From a virus, in IMG/VR virus record IMGVR_UViG_3300040801_003393, positions 46,539-110,538 of that record: a stretch of DNA of 64,000 bases. One strand, given 5' to 3'. This document shows, one piece after another, positions 12,301-20,692 of the stretch. Position numbers and translations under genes: made by a program. The notes under the pieces are model-generated. The model saw only the letters and a list, made by a program, of their open reading frames with translations. It was not told where the DNA came from and searched no databases. Numbering within the stretch: position 1 is the first letter of the stretch; each line of letters begins with the position of its first letter.

Positions 12301-15300
12301 ACCTTCTCGTTAGATACGTTTGAAACCATTGACGCAAATTTAAGTGATATAATTGATAGTACACTAATTTGGGTCGCTAAAGATACAGATTATGACTGGA
12401 ACGTATATCGTGTTACCGCTATAAGTCCGCCTGTTGTTCGAGTGCAAGATAACTTAAATGGAACTTTAACAATTGAGTTTGCAGCACCACACCAGCTAAC
12501 AGCAAATACAGTTATTATTATCAAGTATTTTGATAGTCAGATAGATGGAACATATCGAGTTAATGGAATTGTTAACGAAAAGAAGGTACAAGTCAATGGA
12601 TCATTGTTAGAAGATCAAACAGTAATTGAAGATGAAGTTGGCTCGGCGTTTAAGTTAGTGTCAGTTAGGGTTGATTACCCATCATCAATTGTAGACTCGC
12701 CATTTGACAAGCAATTATTTGCTGATGATCGTATTTGGGTTAACAATGACGGTGGATTAGCGAGAGTATATGAGAAAGAACGTGCGTTTACTTCAGTTGG
12801 ATCACTCGAGTCAACTGTATCTTCGAGCGAGTCTGATTTTGGATCAGCAATTGCGCAAGGAAGAAACAATACCGGGGCAATAGTTGGCGACGTGCTTAAT
12901 AATGGTAGCAAAGGTATACTTTATTGCTATAATAAGGCTACAGCATCAGAATATATTTTACATAGCTTATTAGACTTATCGCATTTACCAGTTAACCATT
13001 TAGGAAAAACGCTAGCAATGGCAACCAATGTTGCTGCGGTAGCGGCTGATGGCATGGTAGCAATTATTAATCGTAATGTTGCTAAGGACGTATTTGAGTT
13101 TACACAAATATTACCAGAATACCCAAGTGGGTTTGGTCAGGCAATTACAATAAGTGCCGATGAACGTTGGTTGTTTATTACCGAGTACGAGCAATTTTCC
13201 GATGACCCATATCTGACTCTTGATACGCAACGGTTGCACATTTACCAGCAAATTAAATATCAGGACCAGGAAGTCACCTATACTGCCACCGGAACACAAA
13301 CACAGTTTGAATTAGAAGGATATGTTGTAATAGGTACAACAGCGTCGGCAAATAATCAGGTAACTGTTACAGTTAATGGAAATAAAGTAACAAATTATGT
13401 TGTAAATGGGCCAACTATACAATTTACATCTGCACCACCAGCTGGCGCCATTGTAAATATTCGTCGTAACGATATACAAACATTTGAAAGTGACGGTTCA
13501 ACTACTACATTTACAGTTAATGGACTGCATGCTATTAACGGCATTGAGTCTATTTCTGTATATGTTGAGAATAAGATTTTACGTCCGAACGAGGACTATA
13601 CCTTTAGTGGCATAGATTTAGAATTGTTAGTTGCACCACCAGCAGGAGATGCAATAACCGTAAGAACGGGCAACTATTATGTCGAAGTGTCGGAGATAGA
13701 TTTTAACGTTGATGATGCACAATATGGTTTATCCATTGATGTTGGCGAAGATGCCCAACAAATAGTTGTTGGCGCACCTGGACTTTCTGAACATGGGCCA
13801 AGTAGTACAACCGTTAATAATGTTGGGCGAGTTATACTTTACAATAGAGCAGTTGAACGGTTTGTTGCTACAATAGATGGGCAAGCCGGCGTTACAACTT
13901 TACGCACACCTAAGGCAACATCTCAAGTTTGGGTGAATGGTGTACCTCTAGAGCCTGCACAGTTTAATAAAAACCCACAGTATACAATAAGTGGAAATAT
14001 TATAACCTTAACTGGTGTTGAAATTAAGGCAGGTGATTTTATTGATGTTGACATTAATGATTTCATAGACTATCAAACATTAGATATAAACGTCCCACGT
14101 GAAGATGCTCTTTTTGGTAGCGCAGTTAGCCTATGTCGTTCGGAGTGTGCATTGTATGTAGGTGCACCTGGCGACATAATCTCAGGGAAGAAAGATGCAG
14201 GTTCAGTGACACGATTTGTTAATATGTCAAGAATGACTGGGGTACTAGTTGGTACAAATCAAAATCCAACAGTCACAGTTGGCGATTCAATTAGAGTTAA
14301 CAACGTTGAGGTTATTTTTACCAACACGAATGTTGAACAAGTAGCTACCGACATTAATAATACGTTAATACCTAACGTACGAGCATATGTAAGTGATGGA
14401 TACTTGGTTATTGAACTTAAAAATAAAGAAGTAGCATCTTTAGCTAATAGGTTGAAAGTTACACCTGGGCGGTCAGCAATCAATAACGACATTGAGGCGT
14501 TTAATAACTTAGGTTTAGCTCCATATCAGTATACTCAAACAATTACCGCTCCAGATCCAGAGAGTTTTGGTCGATTCGGAAATGCTGTACAAATTGATTA
14601 TAACATGAATCAGTTGTATGTTGCAGCCGAGAACATGAGTGCGAAAAAGATTGCTATATTTGATAATAGAGAGACAACGTTTGACGGAAGAACTTTACGA
14701 TTTGTTGATATATACGATCGATCTGGTGTAGTTTATACATATGATGTTCTACGTGACGAGACTAGATTTACTCCAGGTAAACTAGCATATGGTGAACAAG
14801 TATACGACTTTAAATTGCAAAATTCAAATGGATTTGGCCAACGCATTAGTGTAGTTGATGGACTAATGATGGTGGGTTCACCAGGATATGACGAGCCAAC
14901 TGTTGATGCTGGTAGGGTTGCATTGTTCTATAACTTCAAGCGTAAGCTGACCTGGACTGACATTAAAGTTGAACAGCCTAGAACAGACGTAACGTTAATT
15001 AATAGCGCATTTATCTACGACTACACAACAAGTCAAGTAAAACAATACCTTGACTATATCGATCCATTGAATGGAAAAATACTAGGCCCAGCAGCACAAA
15101 ACCTAGATTACATTCGCGGCGACGATCCAGCACAATACATGGCCTCTACCGAAGGCCCATTATGGGGCGAAGCACAAGTTGGCCAAATGTGGTGGGATAC
15201 ATCTACGGTACGATTCCTAGACTATTTCCAGGATGATATTAAGCGCGGTTTGAAACGATGGGGTAAAACTTTCCCAGGTAGTTCCATTGATGTTTACGAA

Positions 15301-18300
15301 TGGGTAGAGTCAAGTCTTCCACCAGCACGTTATACTGGCGAAGGCGAAGTGTATGACTTAAACAAATATGTTTCTGTAACATTAGTCAATGAGCAACGTA
15401 TCATTGAGAGCAAACATTACTTCTGGGTTAAGGGTATATCGCAGGTAAACAAAAATGCATATAAGACACTCGGCGCCGAAGCAGTTGCTACATACATCGA
15501 AACACCAAGTGCGTCGGGTCTGCCGTATCTGGCATTAATAAATGCAAGTACAATCGGAATGTTTAATATGACATCCGAGATTGATGTTAAAAATGTTATC
15601 TTGCATGTTGAATATGATAAGGTACGCAATGATAGCAAAGTATTTGTAGAGTTTGATCTATTGCGTGAAGGAGACGAAAGAGATACACTATCTCCTAGCG
15701 TATATAAAAAGATGCTAGATAGTTTCTGCGGAGTTGACTCGTTAGGAAACGCGGTTCCAGATATTAATCTAACCATTACTGATAGATACGGAATTGACTT
15801 TAGACCACGCAAGTCTATGTTTGTAGATAGGTTTGCAGCATTGTCAATGTATATACAAAAAGTCAATGGCATAATTGCACAGTATCCGGTTGCTGAATCT
15901 AAGGTATATCCTTTACTGAATAGTAAAGAAGAACCGCCTGCTGCTAACACAGGAGCATGGGATCTTCGCGTTGCAGACAATGCAGAATTATCGTATCAGA
16001 ACTTTAATATTGTTCCTGCAGGATACAAGTATTTGGTAGAAATTGATAGCAACAACAATGGCCTGTGGTCAATATATGAAGTTCAAGCAAATAAAACGTT
16101 ACAGTTGATTGTAGTACAAAGTTATGATACAAGACAGTTTTGGAACTATATTAACTGGTACGCAGATGACTTTAATCCATTGACTAAACCAGATATTGTT
16201 GTTGACACTTATGCGCAACTATTGACTATCGTTAAAGAAGAAGGTCGTGTTGCTAGAGTAAACTTGAACGCAAATGGTAACTGGGAAATATATCGTTGCC
16301 AAAACAATATTTGGGAACGTGTAGGTCTACAAAACGGAACCATTGCCTTCTCGACGCAGTTGTACGATTATTCTCTCGGTAGGTTTGGCTTTGATAACGA
16401 AGTTTTTGATGCGCAATATTTTGATCAGGAACCAGTAATCGAACTGCGTAATATTTTACGTTCAATCAATGAGGAAATATTAGTAGGCGACTTAGCTCTT
16501 GAACGCAACAATGTTCTAATAGCGGTGTTCAAGTATATTCTGTCAGAACAACAAAACGTAGATTGGTTATATAAAACATCATTGATTGATGTTTCGCATA
16601 AAGTTAGAACATTAGATTCATTTTCAGTCTATCAGAAAGAAAATCAGAATTATGTTATCGACTATATCAACGAAGCTAAACCATATCATACAAAAATTAA
16701 AGAATTCCGACTCGGCTACGACGGGTTTGACCAGTATAACGGTTTGGTAACTGACTTTGATTGTCCATCATACTATGATTCAGAGTTCGATCAATTTATT
16801 AGTCCAATTCTTGACGATGGTGCAATTTTAGTAACAGACCCAAGTAATAAAGCACCAACTGATCCAATTTGGGGAGAATTCCCATGGAGTTCCTGGTACT
16901 CAAATTATAAATTGCAAATCAGTGTAATCGAGGTACTAGACGGTGGCGCTGGATACACTATTCCACCACAGGTTAAGATTGTTGGTGATTGCGAAGAACC
17001 TGCTATTTTAGAAGCCCGTGTTAGTGGTAGCGGACAAATTACAGAGGTTCGTGTAATAACGCCAGGGTGTGGTTATTTGGATACTCCAGTTATAACATTC
17101 ATAGGTGGTAACGGCAGTGGCGCTTCAGCAAAAGCAGTTATGCGTAATGATCTAGTTAGATCATTTACTTTAACCATAAAATATGACCGTTACGAATATA
17201 CATCCTCGGTCTTAAACTGGGAAGATACAGTTACACGAAATATTGATGATTTAATAAGATTCAACAATACCGTATACCGGGTCAAAGAATCAAATAACGA
17301 TTTAACTTTTGTGTCGAGCAAATACGAAGAAGTTAATATCGAAGAATTGTCGGGTATTGATCGTACTGTCGGGTATTATGTACCGGATGTTAATAAACCA
17401 GGATTAGATTTATCGTTACTTGTTGACGGTATTGTGTTCCCGGGAGTACAGGTTGATGGCCCTGGATTTAATTTAAGTTCTGGATTTGATGTTCAGTTTT
17501 GGGATACAGATCTGTTTGATAGTATTGTATATGGTCCAGAAGGATACCCAACGTATCCTGCAAGTGCAATAGATACAATATACGAAAGTTCATTCCTAGA
17601 CGGATATCTAGGAACACGGGCAACAGATATAAATGTAGACGGTGGAGAATTTATTGATGTTTATCATTCCCACGCCCCAGAGGAGCTAGTTCCTGGCTCA
17701 ATGTTTGATACATTAAGCATTAGTGTTTACTCTCGCCCAGGTGCTGATTGGTTAAATGATGGTCATAGTTATGCATATCTAGCAGAAACATTTAATGTAA
17801 CTACAGTTCCGGCAATGGTGAGTTTTGCAAATATTGCAGAATACCCAATTACTGTATTTGTAGTAAACGCAACAACAAAACGTACCCTATACGAAACTAT
17901 AGATTTTACCGTTGATTGGATTAATCAGACAGTGTTAATAACTGATGATATAGCAATTAACGATAACGTTAAGGTTTTTATTAGTGAAATTGGCGGTGGT
18001 GATCAACTTCACCGAGAAATTATATTTGGTAACGAAGTAGTCAATGATCGTTACGAAATTCCAGTTAATGCGTCTGAAATTAAAGAAGTTATTGTTTTTG
18101 CTAACGGAGTAAGATTGCAGAACATAACAGTTGAGGCGATTGATAGCTATAGTTCAAATGTGGTGTTCTCAGACACATTAACAGCGAATGAGTTTGTAAC
18201 AATAACAGTATTTGGTATTAGCTCCCCATACGATGAGAATTATTTGCAGACATTTACGTTTGTTGCTGGGGCCGAGAACATTTCAGTTTATAATAATGCA

Positions 18301-19854
18301 TTCTTCAACGAAGACTTCTTCTCGGGCGGTAGTACACAATTACTCAACGACTATATTCTCCCACCAGGACAGTTATCTGGGATGAATAAAATGAATGCTG
18401 TAGTTGAGCTCAATGGATTCCGTTTACGTCCGCCAGAGGCATTACGACACTATGCAGCGAGCACACAGACAGTCTTTACATTGCCAGTTACTGGTGATAT
18501 ACCTCAGATGTCTATAGCTAACAATGAAGTGCATGTTTTTGTTAATGATGAGTTGCAGACCGAAGGGATAGATTATACCTTGTCTGCAACTACAGATTTA
18601 GCGGTGTATAATAGTGCGTTCTTTAACAATGCATTCTTCTCGTCGCCTGACTCAACACCGGCCAGGTTTGTAACATTCTTTGTACCACCAGGCGCTGATA
18701 CAAAAGTTGATGTATATGTAACTACGGCCGCCGAATATTCCTGGCTCGGAGACGAAGTAATAATTCATGTACCTACGGCAATTGATGATATAGTTGGCGT
18801 TACAGTTTATGGTGATACTAGAGAACTAGATCTACTAACTGAAGTGTTTGTTGGCCCGACGGTGCTTGAAGAAGAAGAAATTGATTTGTTTGGTGATCGT
18901 TTTGACTATGTACCGTTCGATTATGAGACCGGTATTAATATTGCCTACAACGTATTTAATTTAAGCAAACAAGGGGTCACAAACCCAGAGAGACTCTGGG
19001 TTACATTAAATGGACAACGGCTAGCAGCAAACGATGATTATATCATTGATGTTAGCGGAAACTTAATTTTAACAATGCCACTATTAGCAGATACAGACGT
19101 ATTGGCAATTACATCAATGACTGACAGCGTTGTAACAAATGGAGTTGCATTCCGAATCTTTAAAGATATGCGTGATAATTACGCTGCATATAGTTTAAGT
19201 GAATCACATGTTACATATTTGACGCAGCCACTGGCAGTAGATGATGATGTTATATATGTACACGATGCAAGTGTTATTGCAGCGCCAAACCTAACACAGA
19301 ACAGATTTGGTATTGTAATAATTGATGGCGAACGTATTACGTTTAGAGTAAGAGATTTAGGTACTAATACGCTTAGTGGGTTGCGTCGTGGAACCGCCGG
19401 CACTGGTGCAGCCGCGCACGACATTGGCGCAGATGTTAGTGATGCTTCATCAAAAGCAATCATTCCAGGTACATTTAGTTCCGGCCGAGCATATACATAT
19501 CTAACACAAGATTGGAATACCAGTGATGACGTTATATATGTCCACGACGCAACTGAAGCAGGATTGAATGTATATGATGTTGTAGGGTTTGGCACAGTTA
19601 CAATTGATGGACTTGATGGATATCATGTACGCTTTACAAGCCGCGATCCAATTACTAACACAATTAGTGGCTTAACAATTGTTGCAAATGATGCCGGGAT
19701 CACACCAGCAATTCCAGCAACTATTGGTAAGAGCGCCAAAGTTTATGACGTGGGCCGCGAAAAAGTATGGTACGCACAGGGAGCGGTAACTGCAAGTAAT
19801 GGGATTCCGTTGCAGGAGCAAAATACTCCGGCCGCACAATTTATTAGAAATTAA
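6304..19854 (+). CDS. Giant (4516 aa) virion structural protein, baseplate/tail-associated
   Basis: 13.5-kb uninterrupted ORF in the baseplate operon; beta-rich and acidic, with FG-GAP-like repeats and a DGGAGYT..P..GGNGSGA segment seen in tail proteins. Confidence 0.75.
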   Translation: MARIRSVDFLPEIFKTTTNKKFLGSTLDQLIQEPKLKVTQGYIGRRSGAGVGVNDTYLIEPTVSRENYQLEPGIIFNDKNGVAVDALTYPGLVDGLNVRGALVNNHNRLFEAETYSWDPLFNFDKFVNYSQYYWLPEGPSSVNVQAEEVLLEDEFDVSRNDGDSSYTFSGKAGQNPILTLVRGGTYTFNVGQTGHPFWIQTEPGLTGHVSWAENISSREILGVVNNGDDNGTITFNVPLSNGQDFYDTLLDLGPVDLATMVKFNEINRKPLDEIVSINEIENLENKTIVFVNPTVGDATTLGWVIEALPNYADYSNSGDFSTTTVLTSLSERYQIFKIFIVYDNWGENPIINLVPIQTVNQFEKFTIQYGPVYSNIGFYKNSSGVFEQIPRITAPLDQLFYQDGNNEDIFGVINLVDANESATLFISDIIGNDSYTSPNGVEFTNGLKVKFRGDVVPAEYTNEEYYVEGVGTSIKLLPVRDFITPEPYTKNASDPFDSLPYDSIAYDGSLNSPLEEDYLTINRASQDLNAWTRSNRWFHIDVLQKSADYNNVTLVVDQTSRAKRPIIEFESNLQLFNFGAVAKTPVNVIDTKEVDALSNVHGSLGYAVDGFILSEGSRIIFAADTDPNVKNKIFNVSFEDLDNSGTETLVLTLAEDGNVVEDDVVLVTSGLTQQGKTYHFSNNQWVLAQQKNSVNQPPLFDIFDNDNISFSDISKYQASTFKGSKLFSYAIGNGSNDIVLGFPLQYLNIGNLGDIVFENNLYIDTFLYVENSVSQELPISSGFVKQFSSATEYNWRIGWTRSAERMYVPQVFNFTYTGAPLQLDVTPRTDLEVPSIKIFVNNSFVPSTDYAVTTHDRGTTIAFNEIVATDSKVEVLIYSDEVSDIGYYEVPRNLSQNIFNENTDRLTLGTIRNHYNSLAQNILNLVGNINGANNIRDLGNVSSYGDIIIQHAAPLALAAKFIRTREYDLFEAIKFNGRYYEKYKNQLLDWVQKNDIADLSIDEILEHAVANITAGKTLDHAFYNSDMLPAGNDYDVVTHQITAISTDTFDIINVYDFTKANSKAILVYLNDTLLVKDHDYIVADDGPRITLLIDSNIDDILTIKEYRDTAGSMLPATPTKLGLYPKYLPEKFVDNTFITPTEVIRGHDGSITVAFGDLRDDVLLEFERRIYNNIKVNDNIPLLSDDVIPGQYRNTGYSDIEITEILSPSFLSWVGWNRLDYREQDYRANDSRTWNYSSSSSVIDDSLLKGHWRGVFKYFYDTDAPHTRPWEMLGLTEEPSWWENQYGPAPYTSGNLVLWDDLEAGIIRDPNGEYIDERYIRPGLTDIIPVDGEGNLLTPMETVVKTYSSYNFKKSWRIGDLAPVEAAWRRSSLWPFAVQRLLALTKPAQYFALMADRDRYTYNEELQQYLLDGRYRLDSRAIEVLTSDTPKHSYINWIIEYNKHYGYNSADELVESLSNLDVNLCYRMGSFTDKNRLKIFTDKSSPDSTNNSLLLPDESYNLLLYRNQPFDEIIYSSVIVQRVEDGYSVFGNSTTDPYFKIMQSIPNGNFKTFQIGRTTKSATTIRVPQDFRDSVVYIPYGYVFSNKHQVVDFLVSYGEYLSRVGVKFNNSQDTVDLDWTQMAKEFIYWVDQGWSIGSVINLNPTAESLEFERELAIVDSLLNLAVNEQPLDQNNIPLAPADYVIDRLENNFKLTTLNDRILSYLNLQLTSFEHLLILDNTSIFNDVIYSPVTGVRQNRVKLVGYTVNEWNGQLDAQGFLFSDNKIDEWVYTKSYSKGSIVKFKNSYWTAIKPINPSEMFDYDAWVKIEPSDISTGLLSNLATKSDQMLQFYNNKTANLESDADLLALGLTGFRPREYMSSLDLDDISQVNIYSDLIKQKGTLDSLGMFKNITLNGNKTEYKIFENWAIRRAQYGATASRAYFELQLDEAQHNANPTSIAIVNGPTEVTDADQKVTLNQIYKQSVKHTSKDILPLLTEKVTDVSLPYAGFVDFEDVDFYTFSLDTFETIDANLSDIIDSTLIWVAKDTDYDWNVYRVTAISPPVVRVQDNLNGTLTIEFAAPHQLTANTVIIIKYFDSQIDGTYRVNGIVNEKKVQVNGSLLEDQTVIEDEVGSAFKLVSVRVDYPSSIVDSPFDKQLFADDRIWVNNDGGLARVYEKERAFTSVGSLESTVSSSESDFGSAIAQGRNNTGAIVGDVLNNGSKGILYCYNKATASEYILHSLLDLSHLPVNHLGKTLAMATNVAAVAADGMVAIINRNVAKDVFEFTQILPEYPSGFGQAITISADERWLFITEYEQFSDDPYLTLDTQRLHIYQQIKYQDQEVTYTATGTQTQFELEGYVVIGTTASANNQVTVTVNGNKVTNYVVNGPTIQFTSAPPAGAIVNIRRNDIQTFESDGSTTTFTVNGLHAINGIESISVYVENKILRPNEDYTFSGIDLELLVAPPAGDAITVRTGNYYVEVSEIDFNVDDAQYGLSIDVGEDAQQIVVGAPGLSEHGPSSTTVNNVGRVILYNRAVERFVATIDGQAGVTTLRTPKATSQVWVNGVPLEPAQFNKNPQYTISGNIITLTGVEIKAGDFIDVDINDFIDYQTLDINVPREDALFGSAVSLCRSECALYVGAPGDIISGKKDAGSVTRFVNMSRMTGVLVGTNQNPTVTVGDSIRVNNVEVIFTNTNVEQVATDINNTLIPNVRAYVSDGYLVIELKNKEVASLANRLKVTPGRSAINNDIEAFNNLGLAPYQYTQTITAPDPESFGRFGNAVQIDYNMNQLYVAAENMSAKKIAIFDNRETTFDGRTLRFVDIYDRSGVVYTYDVLRDETRFTPGKLAYGEQVYDFKLQNSNGFGQRISVVDGLMMVGSPGYDEPTVDAGRVALFYNFKRKLTWTDIKVEQPRTDVTLINSAFIYDYTTSQVKQYLDYIDPLNGKILGPAAQNLDYIRGDDPAQYMASTEGPLWGEAQVGQMWWDTSTVRFLDYFQDDIKRGLKRWGKTFPGSSIDVYEWVESSLPPARYTGEGEVYDLNKYVSVTLVNEQRIIESKHYFWVKGISQVNKNAYKTLGAEAVATYIETPSASGLPYLALINASTIGMFNMTSEIDVKNVILHVEYDKVRNDSKVFVEFDLLREGDERDTLSPSVYKKMLDSFCGVDSLGNAVPDINLTITDRYGIDFRPRKSMFVDRFAALSMYIQKVNGIIAQYPVAESKVYPLLNSKEEPPAANTGAWDLRVADNAELSYQNFNIVPAGYKYLVEIDSNNNGLWSIYEVQANKTLQLIVVQSYDTRQFWNYINWYADDFNPLTKPDIVVDTYAQLLTIVKEEGRVARVNLNANGNWEIYRCQNNIWERVGLQNGTIAFSTQLYDYSLGRFGFDNEVFDAQYFDQEPVIELRNILRSINEEILVGDLALERNNVLIAVFKYILSEQQNVDWLYKTSLIDVSHKVRTLDSFSVYQKENQNYVIDYINEAKPYHTKIKEFRLGYDGFDQYNGLVTDFDCPSYYDSEFDQFISPILDDGAILVTDPSNKAPTDPIWGEFPWSSWYSNYKLQISVIEVLDGGAGYTIPPQVKIVGDCEEPAILEARVSGSGQITEVRVITPGCGYLDTPVITFIGGNGSGASAKAVMRNDLVRSFTLTIKYDRYEYTSSVLNWEDTVTRNIDDLIRFNNTVYRVKESNNDLTFVSSKYEEVNIEELSGIDRTVGYYVPDVNKPGLDLSLLVDGIVFPGVQVDGPGFNLSSGFDVQFWDTDLFDSIVYGPEGYPTYPASAIDTIYESSFLDGYLGTRATDINVDGGEFIDVYHSHAPEELVPGSMFDTLSISVYSRPGADWLNDGHSYAYLAETFNVTTVPAMVSFANIAEYPITVFVVNATTKRTLYETIDFTVDWINQTVLITDDIAINDNVKVFISEIGGGDQLHREIIFGNEVVNDRYEIPVNASEIKEVIVFANGVRLQNITVEAIDSYSSNVVFSDTLTANEFVTITVFGISSPYDENYLQTFTFVAGAENISVYNNAFFNEDFFSGGSTQLLNDYILPPGQLSGMNKMNAVVELNGFRLRPPEALRHYAASTQTVFTLPVTGDIPQMSIANNEVHVFVNDELQTEGIDYTLSATTDLAVYNSAFFNNAFFSSPDSTPARFVTFFVPPGADTKVDVYVTTAAEYSWLGDEVIIHVPTAIDDIVGVTVYGDTRELDLLTEVFVGPTVLEEEEIDLFGDRFDYVPFDYETGINIAYNVFNLSKQGVTNPERLWVTLNGQRLAANDDYIIDVSGNLILTMPLLADTDVLAITSMTDSVVTNGVAFRIFKDMRDNYAAYSLSESHVTYLTQPLAVDDDVIYVHDASVIAAPNLTQNRFGIVIIDGERITFRVRDLGTNTLSGLRRGTAGTGAAAHDIGADVSDASSKAIIPGTFSSGRAYTYLTQDWNTSDDVIYVHDATEAGLNVYDVVGFGTVTIDGLDGYHVRFTSRDPITNTISGLTIVANDAGITPAIPATIGKSAKVYDVGREKVWYAQGAVTASNGIPLQEQNTPAAQFIRN

Positions 19855-19881
19855 CGATATTTTAGAGGATAAATAACGTAC

Positions 19882-20031
19882 ATGGATAATAAAGATAACA
19901 AAAGCCAAGTCCCTCAGCAGGAACCAAAAAAGAAACCTGATGAGCTTAGCGGTATACAAGTTGACGAGTTTGTTAAGATTTTTGACCCAAACTCAAGTGA
20001 GGTTTTTGTTGCTAAACGAGGTGAATCTTAA
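19882..20031 (+). CDS. Small 49-aa protein absent from the ORF track (MDNKDNKSQVPQQEPKKKPDELSGIQVDEFVKIFDPNSSEVFVAKRGES)
   Basis: TAAATA a few nt upstream; stop overlaps the next ATG; resembles the N-terminus of the next protein. Confidence 0.7.
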   Translation: MDNKDNKSQVPQQEPKKKPDELSGIQVDEFVKIFDPNSSEVFVAKRGES

Positions 20032-20639
20032 TGTTCGACCGTAGTGTATTAAAGATAGATGGGTTTTTGAAAATATACGACCCAAATAATAACGAAATTT
20101 TTGTAGACCAGCATAATGCTATTCATTATGAAAACTTCTCTGAATCGTTAGCATACTCTTTAGCAAACAAGAATTTAGGGTATATCTATCAAATGAGTTT
20201 TGGTAACGGCGGCACTAGTGTTGACCCCACTGGGTTAATAACTTACCTTCCGCCAAATGTTACAGGACAGAATGCAGATTTATATAACCAAACCTACTCA
20301 AAAGTAGTAGATGATAATTCAACTGCTAATACCGATACTTCTCGAAATAATTTAACGGTGCTGCATACACCTGGAAAGGTATACACTGACATTTTGGTAA
20401 GTTGTTTGTTAGATTATGGTGAACCAATTGGGCAGCAGGCATTTGATAATAGCACGCAACTCGACGGTCAATTTGTATTTGATGAATTGGGATTGAAAAG
20501 TTGGTACGGGTCAGCATCAGATTTGCGATTAATTACTCATGTAGTTTTTCACCCGGTTCAAAAGGCCTTGAATAGACAGATCCAAATCGACTACACAGTT
20601 CGTATACAAACACTAACGAACTTAACAACGGCTGCATAA
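20031..20639 (+). CDS. Virion structural protein (tail/baseplate-associated)
   Basis: Lies in the structural module; FDELGL..LITHVVFHPVQKALNRQIQIDYTVRI C-terminus resembles tail-collar/baseplate proteins. Confidence 0.65.
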   Translation: MFDRSVLKIDGFLKIYDPNNNEIFVDQHNAIHYENFSESLAYSLANKNLGYIYQMSFGNGGTSVDPTGLITYLPPNVTGQNADLYNQTYSKVVDDNSTANTDTSRNNLTVLHTPGKVYTDILVSCLLDYGEPIGQQAFDNSTQLDGQFVFDELGLKSWYGSASDLRLITHVVFHPVQKALNRQIQIDYTVRIQTLTNLTTAA

Positions 20640-20692
20640 TAACGGAATATTATAATGCAGATAAATAAAGGTAATTACGGAGTTTATTAAAA

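Noticed and set aside
18289-19551. Duplicated segments as template/variable repeats of a diversity-generating retroelement
   Set aside because: Short, both copies in-frame, differences not adenine-specific, and no reverse transcriptase in the window.
6304-19854. Possible intein, intron or stop-codon recoding in the giant ORF
   Set aside because: Continuous in the standard code; no intein or homing-endonuclease motifs recognised; TAA, TAG and TGA all end genes in this window.
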